Assembly (NCBI GenBank): GCA_035503795.1
Contig: DATJTB010000114.1
Coordinates: 1 to 39,752 of the forward strand
Direction: 5' to 3'
Origin: Methylocella sp.
Lineage (GTDB): Bacteria; Pseudomonadota; Alphaproteobacteria; Rhizobiales; Beijerinckiaceae
DNA length: 39,752 nucleotides
Positions 9,733 to 19,117 of the stretch are shown piece after piece (the first letter of the stretch is position 1; the number at the start of each line of letters is the position of its first letter). The notes beneath the pieces are model-generated. The model saw only the letters and a list, made by a program, of their open reading frames with translations, was not told the origin of the DNA and did no database searches. The translations under genes were made by a program, and so were the position numbers.

Positions 9733-9901
9733 TAGAGCGGGATGCGAGCGCAAAACCGCTTCCCACTTCTGCTCATCCCGCACTAGATCACGATGATTTT
9801 GGATCGAATCGATCCAAAATCATGAAACGTGCTCGATTCTTATAATTTAGAGCGGGATGCGAGCGCAAAACCGCTTCCCACTTTTGCTCATCCCGCTCTA
9901 G
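9733..9901 (+). repeat. Composite palindromic element, subfamily B (module order hairpin 2, hairpin 1, hairpin 2)
   Basis: TAGAGCGGGATG...CATCCCGC(A/T)CTAG occurs twice (9733-9786 and 9848-9901), flanking ATGATTTTGGATCG-AAT-CGATCCAAAATCAT. The hairpin-1 module recurs at 30835. Confidence 0.9.
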
Positions 9902-10025
9902 AGGTTGCGGTTGCCCTGCTGTATGTCGTTGTCGTCTTGATCGCAAGGATAGCTGACGAGGCAAGACAGGATGTCGCGGTTTCCTCCTGGCTAGCCGTGA
10001 CCGCAAGACGGATGTGGAGCAAACG

Positions 10026-11231
10026 ATGACCCTATATTCGCGGCGCAGAATCTTAGCGACAACCGCAGCCGGCGGTGTCGTTGCAGCGGCGGCGGCCGGC
10101 CATGCAACCGAAGCTTATTCCCCCGCCGCCATGAGCGATCCCGGCCCGCGCAACCCGCCGCAGGAAGCGATCAACCCTTATGATTGGGAGTCGCTGCCGA
10201 CCGACCATGGCAATCTTGGCACACTGAGAACTTCATTCTCAGAGGTCCACAACCGCCATACCGATGCCGGCTGGGCACGTGAAGTCACGGTCCGCAATTT
10301 CCCGATCTCGAAAGCGATGGCCGGCGTCAATATGCGGCTTCCGGCCGGCGCCGTGCGCGAGCTGCACTGGCATGTGCCGGCTGAGTGGGCCTATGTGACC
10401 TATGGCGTCGGGCGAATTACCGGCGTTGATGCCAACGCTCGAAGACACATCTCGGACGTGAAAGCCGGCGATCTCTGGTTCTTTCCGGGCGGCGTGCCGC
10501 ACTCGATCCAGGGACTGGGCCCGGATGGATGCGAGTTCATTCTCGTCTTCAATGACGGCAATTTCTCGGAGGACAGCACGTTTCTGATCACCGACTGGTT
10601 CAATCACACGCCGAAGGATGTGCTGGCCAAGAATTTCAACGTGCCGCCATCGACCTTCGACAATATCCCGAAGAAGGATCTCTGGATCTTCAATGCGCCT
10701 TTGCCCGGCAGCCTCGCCGACGATCTGGCGCAGAGCACGCAGCCCGACGTGCCCAACCCTTACAAATTTCCGCTGGGCGATCAACCGCCGGCCTTTACTT
10801 CCACAGGCGGTTCGGTTCGCATCGCCGATTCGAAAAACTTCGCGGCGACGACCATGGCGGCCGCTCTTGTCGAGGTCGCGCCCGGCGGTTTGCGCGAATT
10901 GCATTGGCACCCAACCTCGGATGAGTGGCAATACTACATCAGTGGTACCGCCCGCATGGGTGTCTTCCATGGCGAAGGAAGGAATAATACGGTGTTGTTC
11001 CATCCAAGCGATGTCGGCTATGTGCCGCAGTCGATTGGCCATTATATCGAGAATGTCGGGAACGACACGCTCCGGTTTCTGGAGGTTTTCACCACTCCGG
11101 AATACGCCGACATATCGCTGGCGTCCTGGATGAACAATGTGCCCCATGAACTCGTCGCGGCGCATCTGAATATCGATCTCGCGACCTTGCGCAAAATGAC
11201 GCAAAAGAAGACCCCGGTGGTCCCGATTTAG
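10026..11231 (+). CDS. Oxalate decarboxylase family bicupin with Tat signal peptide
   Basis: Two cupin Mn motifs (RELHWH..AEW...HSIQG and RELHWHPTSDEW...GHY). Lid FSEDST resembles the OxdC SENST. N-terminal SRRRIL plus hydrophobic stretch. Confidence 0.88.
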   Translation: MTLYSRRRILATTAAGGVVAAAAAGHATEAYSPAAMSDPGPRNPPQEAINPYDWESLPTDHGNLGTLRTSFSEVHNRHTDAGWAREVTVRNFPISKAMAGVNMRLPAGAVRELHWHVPAEWAYVTYGVGRITGVDANARRHISDVKAGDLWFFPGGVPHSIQGLGPDGCEFILVFNDGNFSEDSTFLITDWFNHTPKDVLAKNFNVPPSTFDNIPKKDLWIFNAPLPGSLADDLAQSTQPDVPNPYKFPLGDQPPAFTSTGGSVRIADSKNFAATTMAAALVEVAPGGLRELHWHPTSDEWQYYISGTARMGVFHGEGRNNTVLFHPSDVGYVPQSIGHYIENVGNDTLRFLEVFTTPEYADISLASWMNNVPHELVAAHLNIDLATLRKMTQKKTPVVPI

Positions 11232-11343
11232 AGCGAATTCCGCAAAAGATGACCGCCTTTTGCGACGAGAATTCGCGCCAACTTCTTGATCTTGCGCGAT
11301 TTCTTATCGCTCGAACGATTCCGTTCGAGCGATAAGCGCGCTA
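11229..11343 (-). repeat. 115-bp two-hairpin element, subfamily A, copy 2 (inverted)
   Basis: Reverse complement of 6184-6298 with few mismatches. Its first TAG is the stop codon of the oxalate decarboxylase gene. Confidence 0.9.
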
Positions 11344-11492
11344 GGCTGGAAGCGGATATGCTTGGAGCAGAGGGAGGTTTTGCATTTGCTCCCGGTTATC
11401 TCGAGAAATGAAGGCGCGATAGCGCAGATACGCCCGCGCGATCTCATCCGCGCACAGTTGACTGCGTGCACAAAACCGCCTTGCGCTTTTGT

Positions 11493-12356
11493 TCATCCGG
11501 CTCTCACCGCAAGATTGTCAATCAGCCTTGTGCGGCCGAGCTTGGCAGCGGCCAGCAGCCTGATCGGCCCCTCCTCCATGGATTGGATCGGGGCCAGGCT
11601 CTCCGCATGGCGCGCCTCGCAATAATCGATGAGGAAGCCCGCCTCCGTCAGGCTTCGCCATGCTGCGGCAAGCGCCGGCTTAAGACCAATCCCGCTTTCA
11701 ATCTCGAAGGCGCATTGGCGCAAAGCGGCGTAAAGGCGCGGCGCTTTGGCGCGTTCCGCGGGCGACAAATAGACATTGCGGGATGAAAGCGCGAGGCCAT
11801 CTTCTTCCCGCACTGTTGGCACGGCGACGATGTTCGTTTCGAAATCGAGGTCGCGTGCCATGCGCGTCACGACTTTCAGTTGCTGATAATCCTTCTCGCC
11901 GAAGACGGCGATATCGGCGCGCGCGAGATTGATAAGCTTGGCGACGACCGTCGCCACGCCGGAAAAATGAGTCGGACGGAATCGATCCTCAAGGCCAGCA
12001 GCCGCCGGACCTTCAAGAGTGACGCGGGTGGCAAAATCCGGTGGATAGATTTGCGCAACATCCGGCGCGAAAATCAGATTGCCCCCCGCCTCGGCGAATT
12101 GAGCGGCATCGGCTTCGAGGGGGCGCGGATAGGCCGAAAAATCCTCGCCCGCGGCAAATTGGGTCGGATTGACGAAGATCGATAAAAGAATGCGCCGCGC
12201 CGCGCCTTGAGCGGCCCGCACCAAGGCCAGATGCCCCTCATGCAGCGCCCCCATCGTCGGCACAAGGGCGATCGTTTCTCCGGCCCGCCTCCATTGGGTA
12301 AGCCGCGTCCGCAGGCTTCCAACATCGCTCAATATTTCTGGAAAGCTTTCCGTCAT
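11493..12356 (-). CDS. panC: Pantoate--beta-alanine ligase
   Basis: VPTMGALHEGH, SIFVNPTQF, FGEKDYQQ, GLALSSRN, TRLIDN. Start is ATG 12356 (alternative TTG 12368). Confidence 0.96.
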   Translation of the reverse strand: MTESFPEILSDVGSLRTRLTQWRRAGETIALVPTMGALHEGHLALVRAAQGAARRILLSIFVNPTQFAAGEDFSAYPRPLEADAAQFAEAGGNLIFAPDVAQIYPPDFATRVTLEGPAAAGLEDRFRPTHFSGVATVVAKLINLARADIAVFGEKDYQQLKVVTRMARDLDFETNIVAVPTVREEDGLALSSRNVYLSPAERAKAPRLYAALRQCAFEIESGIGLKPALAAAWRSLTEAGFLIDYCEARHAESLAPIQSMEEGPIRLLAAAKLGRTRLIDNLAVRAG

Positions 12357-12687
12357 GCATCCGCTCAAGGGCTTGTTTGCAAGTTTGGTGAAAGAGAATC
12401 ACCCATCGCCACCCTCAAGGTCACAGACAGGTTCGCGGTTTGATCGTAAGCGGCTTCAGTGGACACAGGCGGTCAAACGCGGCTTTCTTTTGTTATATGC
12501 CGGCAATAAGGGCTGCGAGCATTGAATGCTTATATTCTTTCGGGCGAGCTCATAGCGCGGTGTCCGATCCTGGTCGCCTTCTGAAAAAAATAAAATCTAG
12601 TAGCGAAGACCAAGGTCAGATAATTTTTGTCTCATGCGCGCGGGCAGCCCGCGGCCCGGCCTTCCTTGCGCAAATCATTCCATGTGC

Positions 12688-12870
12688 TAAGGGTCAAAAT
12701 CTGATGAGCATGCCGTCCGAGTAACCGTCATTGCAAACCAACGGGTCGGGCTCCGCCAGCCTTATGACAGGCGCCGCGAAGCGACCCACGACAGACGCCG
12801 AAGCAATCTCATGGAGCTCACGCTCGCCATGAGATTGCCGGCCGGCACCATCATGAGGGCCTGACCCTAA
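12688..12870 (-). repeat. Degenerate REP-like element (GTCATTGC core) with GGGTCA...TGACCC ends
   Basis: TAAGGGTCAAAATC at left and GGCCTGACCCTAA at right, with an internal GCAATCTCATGG..CCATGAGATTGC hairpin. Its reverse complement aligns with 14658-14800. Confidence 0.65.
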
Positions 12871-12928
12871 GCCAGGCGCGCCGTCGGATTATCCCAACCT
12901 CACCCAGCCTCCCAGGTGCAAAGCTTTC

Positions 12929-13765
12929 ATGACGACCCGGATCGACCTTCGCTTTGCCGCGCTCGCACGGCAAAAACGTGCGGCTCTCGTGACTTTCGTG
13001 ATGGCGGGCGATCCCGATCTCGCGACGAGTCTCGCCTTGCTCAAGGCCCTGCCGGCGGCGGGGGCCGATGTGATCGAGCTCGGCATGCCCTTCACCGATC
13101 CGATGGCGGATGGGCCGGCGATCCAGGCGGCGGGACTGCGCGCCCTCAAGGCCGGGACGACGCTCGCCAAGACATTGGCGCTCGCCGCCGAATTCCGCGC
13201 GGCGGACGAGACGACGCCGCTCGTGCTCATGGGCTATTACAACCCCATCTATGTCTATGGGGTTGAGCGGTTCTTGCGCGATGCGAAGTCGGCTGGCGTC
13301 GATGGGCTGATCATCGTCGATCTGCCGCCGGAGGAAGATTCCGAGCTCTGCCTGCCGGCCCGCGCGGCGGGGCTCAATTTCATCCGGCTCGCGACGCCGA
13401 CGACGGATGAAGCGCGGCTGCCCACTGTGCTCGCCCATACCTCCGGCTTTGTCTATTATGTCTCGATCACCGGCATCACCGGTGCCGCGGCGCCGGACGT
13501 TGGCAAGGTGGCGGCGGCGGTCGGCCGGCTCAAGGCGCAGACCGCCCTGCCGGTCGCGGTCGGCTTCGGGGTGAAGAATGCGGCAAGCGCGGCGGCGATC
13601 GCTGCCCATGCCGATGGGGTGGTGGTCGGCTCGGCTCTTGTCGAGGCCTTGCGCGCCTCGCTCGATAAGAATGGAAAGGCGACCGGGAAAAGCGTAGAAA
13701 CGGTGACGGCGCTCGTCGCTGAGATCGCCAAGGGGGTGCGGCCCGCATTGGCCGCACGGGGCTAA
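12929..13765 (+). CDS. trpA: Tryptophan synthase alpha subunit
   Basis: [47 protein letters not shown]. Confidence 0.97.
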   Translation: MTTRIDLRFAALARQKRAALVTFVMAGDPDLATSLALLKALPAAGADVIELGMPFTDPMADGPAIQAAGLRALKAGTTLAKTLALAAEFRAADETTPLVLMGYYNPIYVYGVERFLRDAKSAGVDGLIIVDLPPEEDSELCLPARAAGLNFIRLATPTTDEARLPTVLAHTSGFVYYVSITGITGAAAPDVGKVAAAVGRLKAQTALPVAVGFGVKNAASAAAIAAHADGVVVGSALVEALRASLDKNGKATGKSVETVTALVAEIAKGVRPALAARG

Positions 13766-13774
13766 GGATAGGCC

Positions 13775-14644
13775 ATGAATTGGATCGCCAATGTCGTCCC
13801 GCCGAAGGTCAGATCCTTGCTGCGGCGGGAGACGCCCGAAAATCTATGGGTCAAATGCCCCGAGTCGGGCGAGATCGTTTTTCACAAGGATCTCGAGGCC
13901 AACCTCTTCGTCGTGCCGGGCTCGGGCTATCATATGCGCCTGGCGCCCAAGGCCCGGCTTGACAATCTGTTCGATGACGCGGCTTACGAAGAGCTCGCCA
14001 CCCCGGAGGTGCCGCTCGACCCCCTCAAGTTCCGCGATGTGAAACGCTACACGGACCGGCTCAAGGAAAATCGGCTGAAAACCGGAAATTCGGATGCAGT
14101 GAAACTCGCTTTCGGCAAATTGCAGGGCATGGAGGTCGTTGTCGCGGTGCAGGATTTCGATTTCCTTGGCGGCTCGCTCGGCATGGCGGCGGGCGAGGCG
14201 ATCATTACGGGCATGACGGCCGCCGTCGAGCGCAGGACGCCGTTTATCATATTCACCGCCTCGGGGGGCGCCCGAATGCAGGAAGGCATATTTTCGCTGA
14301 TGCAGATGCCGCGCACTACGATCGCCGTGCAGCGCCTGCGCGAGGCCAAGCTGCCCTATATCGTCGTCCTGACCAATCCGACAACCGGTGGCGTCACCGC
14401 TTCTTATGCCATGCTGGGCGATATCCATATCGCCGAGCCCGGCGCCGTGATCGGGTTTGCCGGAGCGCGGGTGATCGAGCAGACGATCCGCGAGAGATTA
14501 CCGGAGGGTTTTCAGCGCTCCGAATATCTCGAAGCGCATGGCATGGTCGACATGGTCGTTAAGCGGCAGGATATGCGCGCGACCCTCGCCCGGCTTTGCG
14601 CGGTGCTAACCGGGACCAGATCGGTCGAATCGGCAGCCGCCTAA
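13775..14644 (+). CDS. accD: Acetyl-CoA carboxylase carboxyltransferase beta subunit
   Basis: [47 protein letters not shown]. Confidence 0.97.
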   Translation: MNWIANVVPPKVRSLLRRETPENLWVKCPESGEIVFHKDLEANLFVVPGSGYHMRLAPKARLDNLFDDAAYEELATPEVPLDPLKFRDVKRYTDRLKENRLKTGNSDAVKLAFGKLQGMEVVVAVQDFDFLGGSLGMAAGEAIITGMTAAVERRTPFIIFTASGGARMQEGIFSLMQMPRTTIAVQRLREAKLPYIVVLTNPTTGGVTASYAMLGDIHIAEPGAVIGFAGARVIEQTIRERLPEGFQRSEYLEAHGMVDMVVKRQDMRATLARLCAVLTGTRSVESAAA

Positions 14645-14657
14645 ATTCACATTTTAT

Positions 14658-14841
14658 GGGACCAGGACTCATCATGGTGCTGTCATTGCAGGGAACCAAG
14701 CGACGAAGAAATCCATGTGACGCACGGCGTCTGCATGGCTTCGCGAAGCCTGTTATCGGGCCGCCGCAACCGGATCCGTTGGCTTGCAATGACGGTCCTC
14801 ATTAAGGTGCCATTCGGCAACCATCGTTGAAGTCTTAACTC
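14658..14841 (+). repeat. Degenerate REP-like element GTCATTGC...GCAATGAC, inverted homolog of 12688-12870
   Basis: Shares CGGCGTCTG, GCTTCGCG..GCCTGT and CCGTTGG(C/T)TTGCAATGACGGT with the reverse complement of the pre-trpA element. Right boundary is approximate. Confidence 0.65.
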
Positions 14842-14864
14842 TCGGGCGCGAAACAAGGGTCCCA

Positions 14865-16181
14865 ATGGAGTCGCTCGACGCGCTGCTCACCCATCTTTTC
14901 ACGCTCCACCGCAAGACAATCGAATTGTCGCTCGGCCGGATCGAGGAATTGTTGGCCGCGCTGGGTTTCCCCGAACGGCGGCTGCCGCCCATCATCCATG
15001 TCGCCGGAACCAATGGCAAGGGCTCGACCATCGCCTTCATGCGCGCCATTCTGGAGGCGGCGGGCAAAAGGGTGCATGTCTATACCTCGCCGCATCTGGT
15101 GCGGTTCCATGAGCGCATCAGGCTCGGCTCGGAAGGCGGAGGCAAGCTCGTCGATGATGGCGAGCTTTTCGCTGCGCTGATCGCCTGCGAGAAAGCCAAT
15201 GCGGGAAAGCCGATCACTTTCTTCGAGGTGACGACCGCTGCCGCCTTCAAGCTGTTCAGCGAGCATCCGGCTGATTATTTGCTGCTCGAGGTCGGGCTTG
15301 GTGGGCGCTTCGATGCCACCAATGTGATCACCGCGCCGAGCGCCTCTCTCATCACTTCCATCTCCATCGATCACGCGGAGTTTCTCGGGAGCACGGTCGA
15401 TAAGATCGCCTTCGAGAAGGCCGGCATCTTCAAGGCTGGCGCTGTCGCGGTCATCGGTCCCCAGCAGGAAGCCGCCTTGAGCGTGTTGGAGCGCCAGGCC
15501 CAGCGGGTTGGTGCCCCCATGATCGTCGCGCATCGCGACTACGAGGCCTTTGAAGAGCATGGCCGCCTCATCTATCAGGATGAGCGCGGCCTCCTCGATT
15601 TGGCCCTTCCACGCCTTCCCGGCCGTCACCAGCATCAGAACGCGGCGATCGCGGTCGCCGCATTGCGCTATCTTGAACCGGGGCTTCCGGCCGCCGTCTT
15701 CGATGAAGGCTTGCCCCGCGCGGAATGGCCGGCGAGGCTGCAGAACCTTGCCCATGGAAATTTGGCGGCGCTCGTCCCGCCGGGGGCCGAGGTCTGGCTC
15801 GATGGGGGCCACAACCCGGATGCCGGCGTCGTGCTCGCCCAGGCGATGGCTGAATTCGAGGAACGGACACAGAGGCCACTGGTCCTGATTTGCGGCTCGC
15901 TCGCCTCGAAGGATACGGCGAGCTTCCTGCACGCTTTCAAGGGCCTTGCCCAGGAGGTCGTCGCTGTGCCGGTGAATGCGGACCAATACGCCAAAACCCC
16001 CGCTGAAGTTGCAGCGGCCGCTGCCGCGAGCGGCATTCCAGCGGCGGCTTGTAGCAGCGTCAAGGCGGCGCTTGCCTTTCTTTCCGCACGCGAATGGTCC
16101 TTCCCGCCACGCCTTCTGATTACAGGCAGTCTCTATCTCGCCGGCGAAGTCTTGGCGCTCAACGGCACGCCGCCGCAATAA
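14865..16181 (+). CDS. folC: Bifunctional folylpolyglutamate synthase / dihydrofolate synthase
   Basis: HVAGTNGKGS, YTSPHL, EVGLGGRFDATN, DGGHNP, TGSLYLAG. Confidence 0.97.
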   Translation: MESLDALLTHLFTLHRKTIELSLGRIEELLAALGFPERRLPPIIHVAGTNGKGSTIAFMRAILEAAGKRVHVYTSPHLVRFHERIRLGSEGGGKLVDDGELFAALIACEKANAGKPITFFEVTTAAAFKLFSEHPADYLLLEVGLGGRFDATNVITAPSASLITSISIDHAEFLGSTVDKIAFEKAGIFKAGAVAVIGPQQEAALSVLERQAQRVGAPMIVAHRDYEAFEEHGRLIYQDERGLLDLALPRLPGRHQHQNAAIAVAALRYLEPGLPAAVFDEGLPRAEWPARLQNLAHGNLAALVPPGAEVWLDGGHNPDAGVVLAQAMAEFEERTQRPLVLICGSLASKDTASFLHAFKGLAQEVVAVPVNADQYAKTPAEVAAAAAASGIPAAACSSVKAALAFLSAREWSFPPRLLITGSLYLAGEVLALNGTPPQ

Positions 16182-16211
16182 AACGGGTCCGCCCACCAGA
16201 TGCACGAGGCA

Positions 16212-16251
16212 ATCGGACAAAAATGTTTCACGTGAAACATTTTTGTCCGAT
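16212..16251. promoter_or_regulatory. parS centromere-like site within a 40-bp perfect palindrome
   Basis: ATCGGACAAAAA-TGTTTCACGTGAAACA-TTTTTGTCCGAT. The core 16224-16239 is the canonical ParB/Spo0J parS consensus. Confidence 0.85.
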
Positions 16252-16413
16252 CGGAGCGGCGTAGCTTACAAGAGCTCATACGCGAGCGCGCTTCAGACCT
16301 GTGGGGTGGTGCAAAAAATTGGTCATGTTGACGTTTGGATGGTGCGGAGGTGCATGGTGTCAACGCTAACTAGACCAAAACGCCGGAGCTTAAGATCCTT
16401 GCACGGAGCGTGT

Positions 16414-16706
16414 GGCTTCATCGATAGTGGAACGGACCTCAAAAATCCCAACTTCGCGGCGATGGCGGAATCTATCAGAGTGCGAGGAATCAGGCTTGAG
16501 GATCCAAGCGAAGTTGAAGGCGGTATTACCGATGCGATCGCCCATGACGGACCGGTTTTGATCGACGCGGTGGTCAGCCGAGTGGTGCTTCCCGTTCCGC
16601 CCAGCATCACGGCCGAATGGCTAAGGGCTTTACTCTTTACATGCTGAAGGCCGTCATGGCTGGCCGCGGTGATGAGCTCATTGACCACGCCCGGACGAAC
16701 CTCTGA
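16414..16706 (+). pseudogene. 3' remnant of a PoxB-type pyruvate:quinone oxidoreductase, frameshifted
   Basis: GTDLKNPNFAAMAES...HDGPVLIDAVV...PPSITAE, then a frameshift near 16618 into AKGFTLYMLKAVMAGRGDELIDHARTNL*. There is no N-terminal part. Confidence 0.8.
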
Positions 16707-16826
16707 CAATAACGCGAGTTCCAAATCGACGCTAAGGCACTTTCTGTTGTCGCGAATTCAATTCACGTTCACCATCTCATTTCACATCATCTTTCCGGCC
16801 TTCATGATCCGATTGGCCCCTGCTCG

Positions 16827-16988
16827 ATGATCGGCTATGATAGGGATGCCGCCATGGCGCACAAGGTGAATGACGAAGGCCTGACCCTGAAGGAGGCCGC
16901 GCTCCAGTCCAGCGACATCGACGAGAAGCGGTTCGACGAAGTCATCGACCCTCGGACGAGGGTTGGGTACGGGGTCGGCGGAGGTTGA
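16827..16988 (+). pseudogene. 3' remnant of a class II fumarase
   Basis: [41 protein letters not shown] aligns to the last ~53 aa of the intact FumC ([41 protein letters not shown]). Confidence 0.85.
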
Positions 16989-17042
16989 AGGCCGTCGTCG
17001 GTCCGGGTCTTCATCGTGATGGTCGGCCTTACGAGAATGCTC

Positions 17043-17157
17043 TAGCGCGCTTTCCGCTCGAACGGAATCGTTCGAGCGATAAGAAATCGCGCATGATCAA
17101 GAAGTTGGAGCGAATTCTCGTCGCAAAAGTCTGTCAACTTTTGCGGAATTTGCTCGC
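17043..17157 (+). repeat. 115-bp two-hairpin element, subfamily A, copy 3
   Basis: Same orientation as 6184-6298 and close in sequence. The right-hand TA is lost and there are a few stem mismatches. Confidence 0.9.
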
Positions 17158-17236
17158 ATGAGCGCCCACTGAAGCAGGTACGCCCCGTTTGCTGGGGCTG
17201 CGGGCATAAAGTGAGGACGACGATCGGGAGAGCCAA

Positions 17237-18931
17237 ATGTCACAAACAGTTGCGGACGTTTTGGTCAGCGTGCTTAAGCAGACCGGGGTTAAGCAAATAT
17301 TCGGCCTGATCGGCGACTCATTGAATCCGCTTGCCGACGCGCTCCGTCGAAGCAATATCGAATGGGTTGGTGTCCGTCATGAGGAAGGAGCGGCTCTGGC
17401 CGCCGCCGGCCAAGCCAAGCTCACAGGCCAGCTCGCGGTGTGTGCTGGCACCACCGGCCCCGGCAGCACGCATCTGGTCGCCGGCCTCTATGAAGCCAGC
17501 CGCGACCATGCGCCCGTTCTGGCTCTCTCCGGTGACATGCCCAGCAAGATGCAGGGGATTGAGTTCTTCCAGACGACACAGCCAGATCTTCTTTTCCGCG
17601 ACGTCTCCCTCTATACGGAAACCATCACTTCCCCACAGCAGGCGCCAGGCGTCTTTCACCAGGCAATCGCAACAGCCTATGCCGGCCGGGGCGTCGCTCA
17701 TCTGACGCTTCCTCAAGACGTTATCGCGGCCAAGGCGGAAGGAGAGCTCTCCAGTGTGGCAACCCTGAAGCCGCGTCAGGAGTTTGCCGCGAGCGACGAA
17801 GATATCGCCGAAATGACCCGCCGGATCGACCATGCGGACAGCGTGGTGATCATGTGTGGAGGCGGCTGCCGCGGGGCAGCCGATCAACTGCGCGCCCTCT
17901 CGGACCGGCTCAAGGCCCCCCTGATCCATTCCGTCAAGGGCAAGGACATCATGCCATACGATGACCCCCGATGGATGGGCGGCATCGGAATGATCGGCAG
18001 CAAGGCCGTGTACAATGCAATCATGGGCTGCGATCTCTTGCTGATGGTGGGCACGGACTATCCCTACTCGAATTTCCTGCCAAGCAAAGGGACCGTCATC
18101 CAAATCGACGAGCGGCCGCAAGTGCTTGGACGGCGTGCTCCGACGGTACTCGGCGTTACCGGCTCCGCTCGCCCGACCCTCAAGCTGTTGCTCAACGAGG
18201 TCGCGTCCAAGACCAACACGCACTTCTGGGACAAGGTAACTGAGGAGCGTCAGAAGTGGGATGAGATGCTGGACAAGCAGGCCGACCTCGCGCGAAGCAA
18301 GGATCGTATCCATCCGCAGGCGGTGGCCCGGGCGGTCAGCGATCTCGCCAAGCCCGATGCGATACTCGTTTTCGACACCGGTCTCAACACGCTCTGGTCC
18401 GGCAACTGGATCCGGCAAAGTGGAGCGCAGCGGATTATCGGTTCCTTCAACAACGGGGCCGTGGGGACAGCGCTTGCTCAGGCAAACGGGATACAAGCGC
18501 TGGATCGCTCGCGCCAGGTGATTGCGCTCTGCGGCGATGGCGGATTCAATATGCTGATGGGCGAATTTCTGACCGCCGTGCATCATAAGCTGCCAATCAA
18601 GGTGATTATCTACAACAATTCCGCCTTCGGGCTGATCACCTTGGAGGCAGAAAGCGTAGGTCTGCCTCCGTTCCGGGAAGGTATCGAATTTCCAAATCCC
18701 GACTTTGCAGCTCTGGCACGTGCCTGCGGCGGTCACGGTTTTACAGCCCGACAACCGGGTGAGTTGAAGGCAGCGGTTGCCGAGGCCTTCGCCATTGACG
18801 GTCCGGCGATCGTTGACGCCGTTGTCGTTTCAAATGAGCTGCCGAACCTGCCGCATCTCGACTTGGATATGGTCGAGCATTTCGCTCTGGCGAAGATCAA
18901 GGAGGCTCTTCTCGCCGTAACCGGTCGATGA
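17237..18931 (+). CDS. Thiamine pyrophosphate-dependent pyruvate oxidase/dehydrogenase (PoxB-like)
   Basis: GLIGDSLN, VRHEEGAA, GPGSTHL, TPP motif GDGGFNM...NN. Confidence 0.88.
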   Translation: MSQTVADVLVSVLKQTGVKQIFGLIGDSLNPLADALRRSNIEWVGVRHEEGAALAAAGQAKLTGQLAVCAGTTGPGSTHLVAGLYEASRDHAPVLALSGDMPSKMQGIEFFQTTQPDLLFRDVSLYTETITSPQQAPGVFHQAIATAYAGRGVAHLTLPQDVIAAKAEGELSSVATLKPRQEFAASDEDIAEMTRRIDHADSVVIMCGGGCRGAADQLRALSDRLKAPLIHSVKGKDIMPYDDPRWMGGIGMIGSKAVYNAIMGCDLLLMVGTDYPYSNFLPSKGTVIQIDERPQVLGRRAPTVLGVTGSARPTLKLLLNEVASKTNTHFWDKVTEERQKWDEMLDKQADLARSKDRIHPQAVARAVSDLAKPDAILVFDTGLNTLWSGNWIRQSGAQRIIGSFNNGAVGTALAQANGIQALDRSRQVIALCGDGGFNMLMGEFLTAVHHKLPIKVIIYNNSAFGLITLEAESVGLPPFREGIEFPNPDFAALARACGGHGFTARQPGELKAAVAEAFAIDGPAIVDAVVVSNELPNLPHLDLDMVEHFALAKIKEALLAVTGR

Positions 18932-19117
18932 TGGTCGCTTCATGCGCTGGTGATAAACGGGAGCGCGCGATTTCCAACACCGAGCGGCTGATGGACGAGC
19001 GGGGCAATACGAGAAATCATCGCCGCTGTCCTTCCTTGGTGCCTGCGCGGCCCACCTACCGTCATCTGCAAGCAAGCAACGTTCGAGGTATGGCAGAGCA
19101 TTCATGGGAGACGCAGC

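Noticed and set aside
16243-16647. 134-aa ORF as a real gene
   Set aside because: Only its second half is PoxB-like and the frame is broken, so it is treated as a pseudogene remnant.
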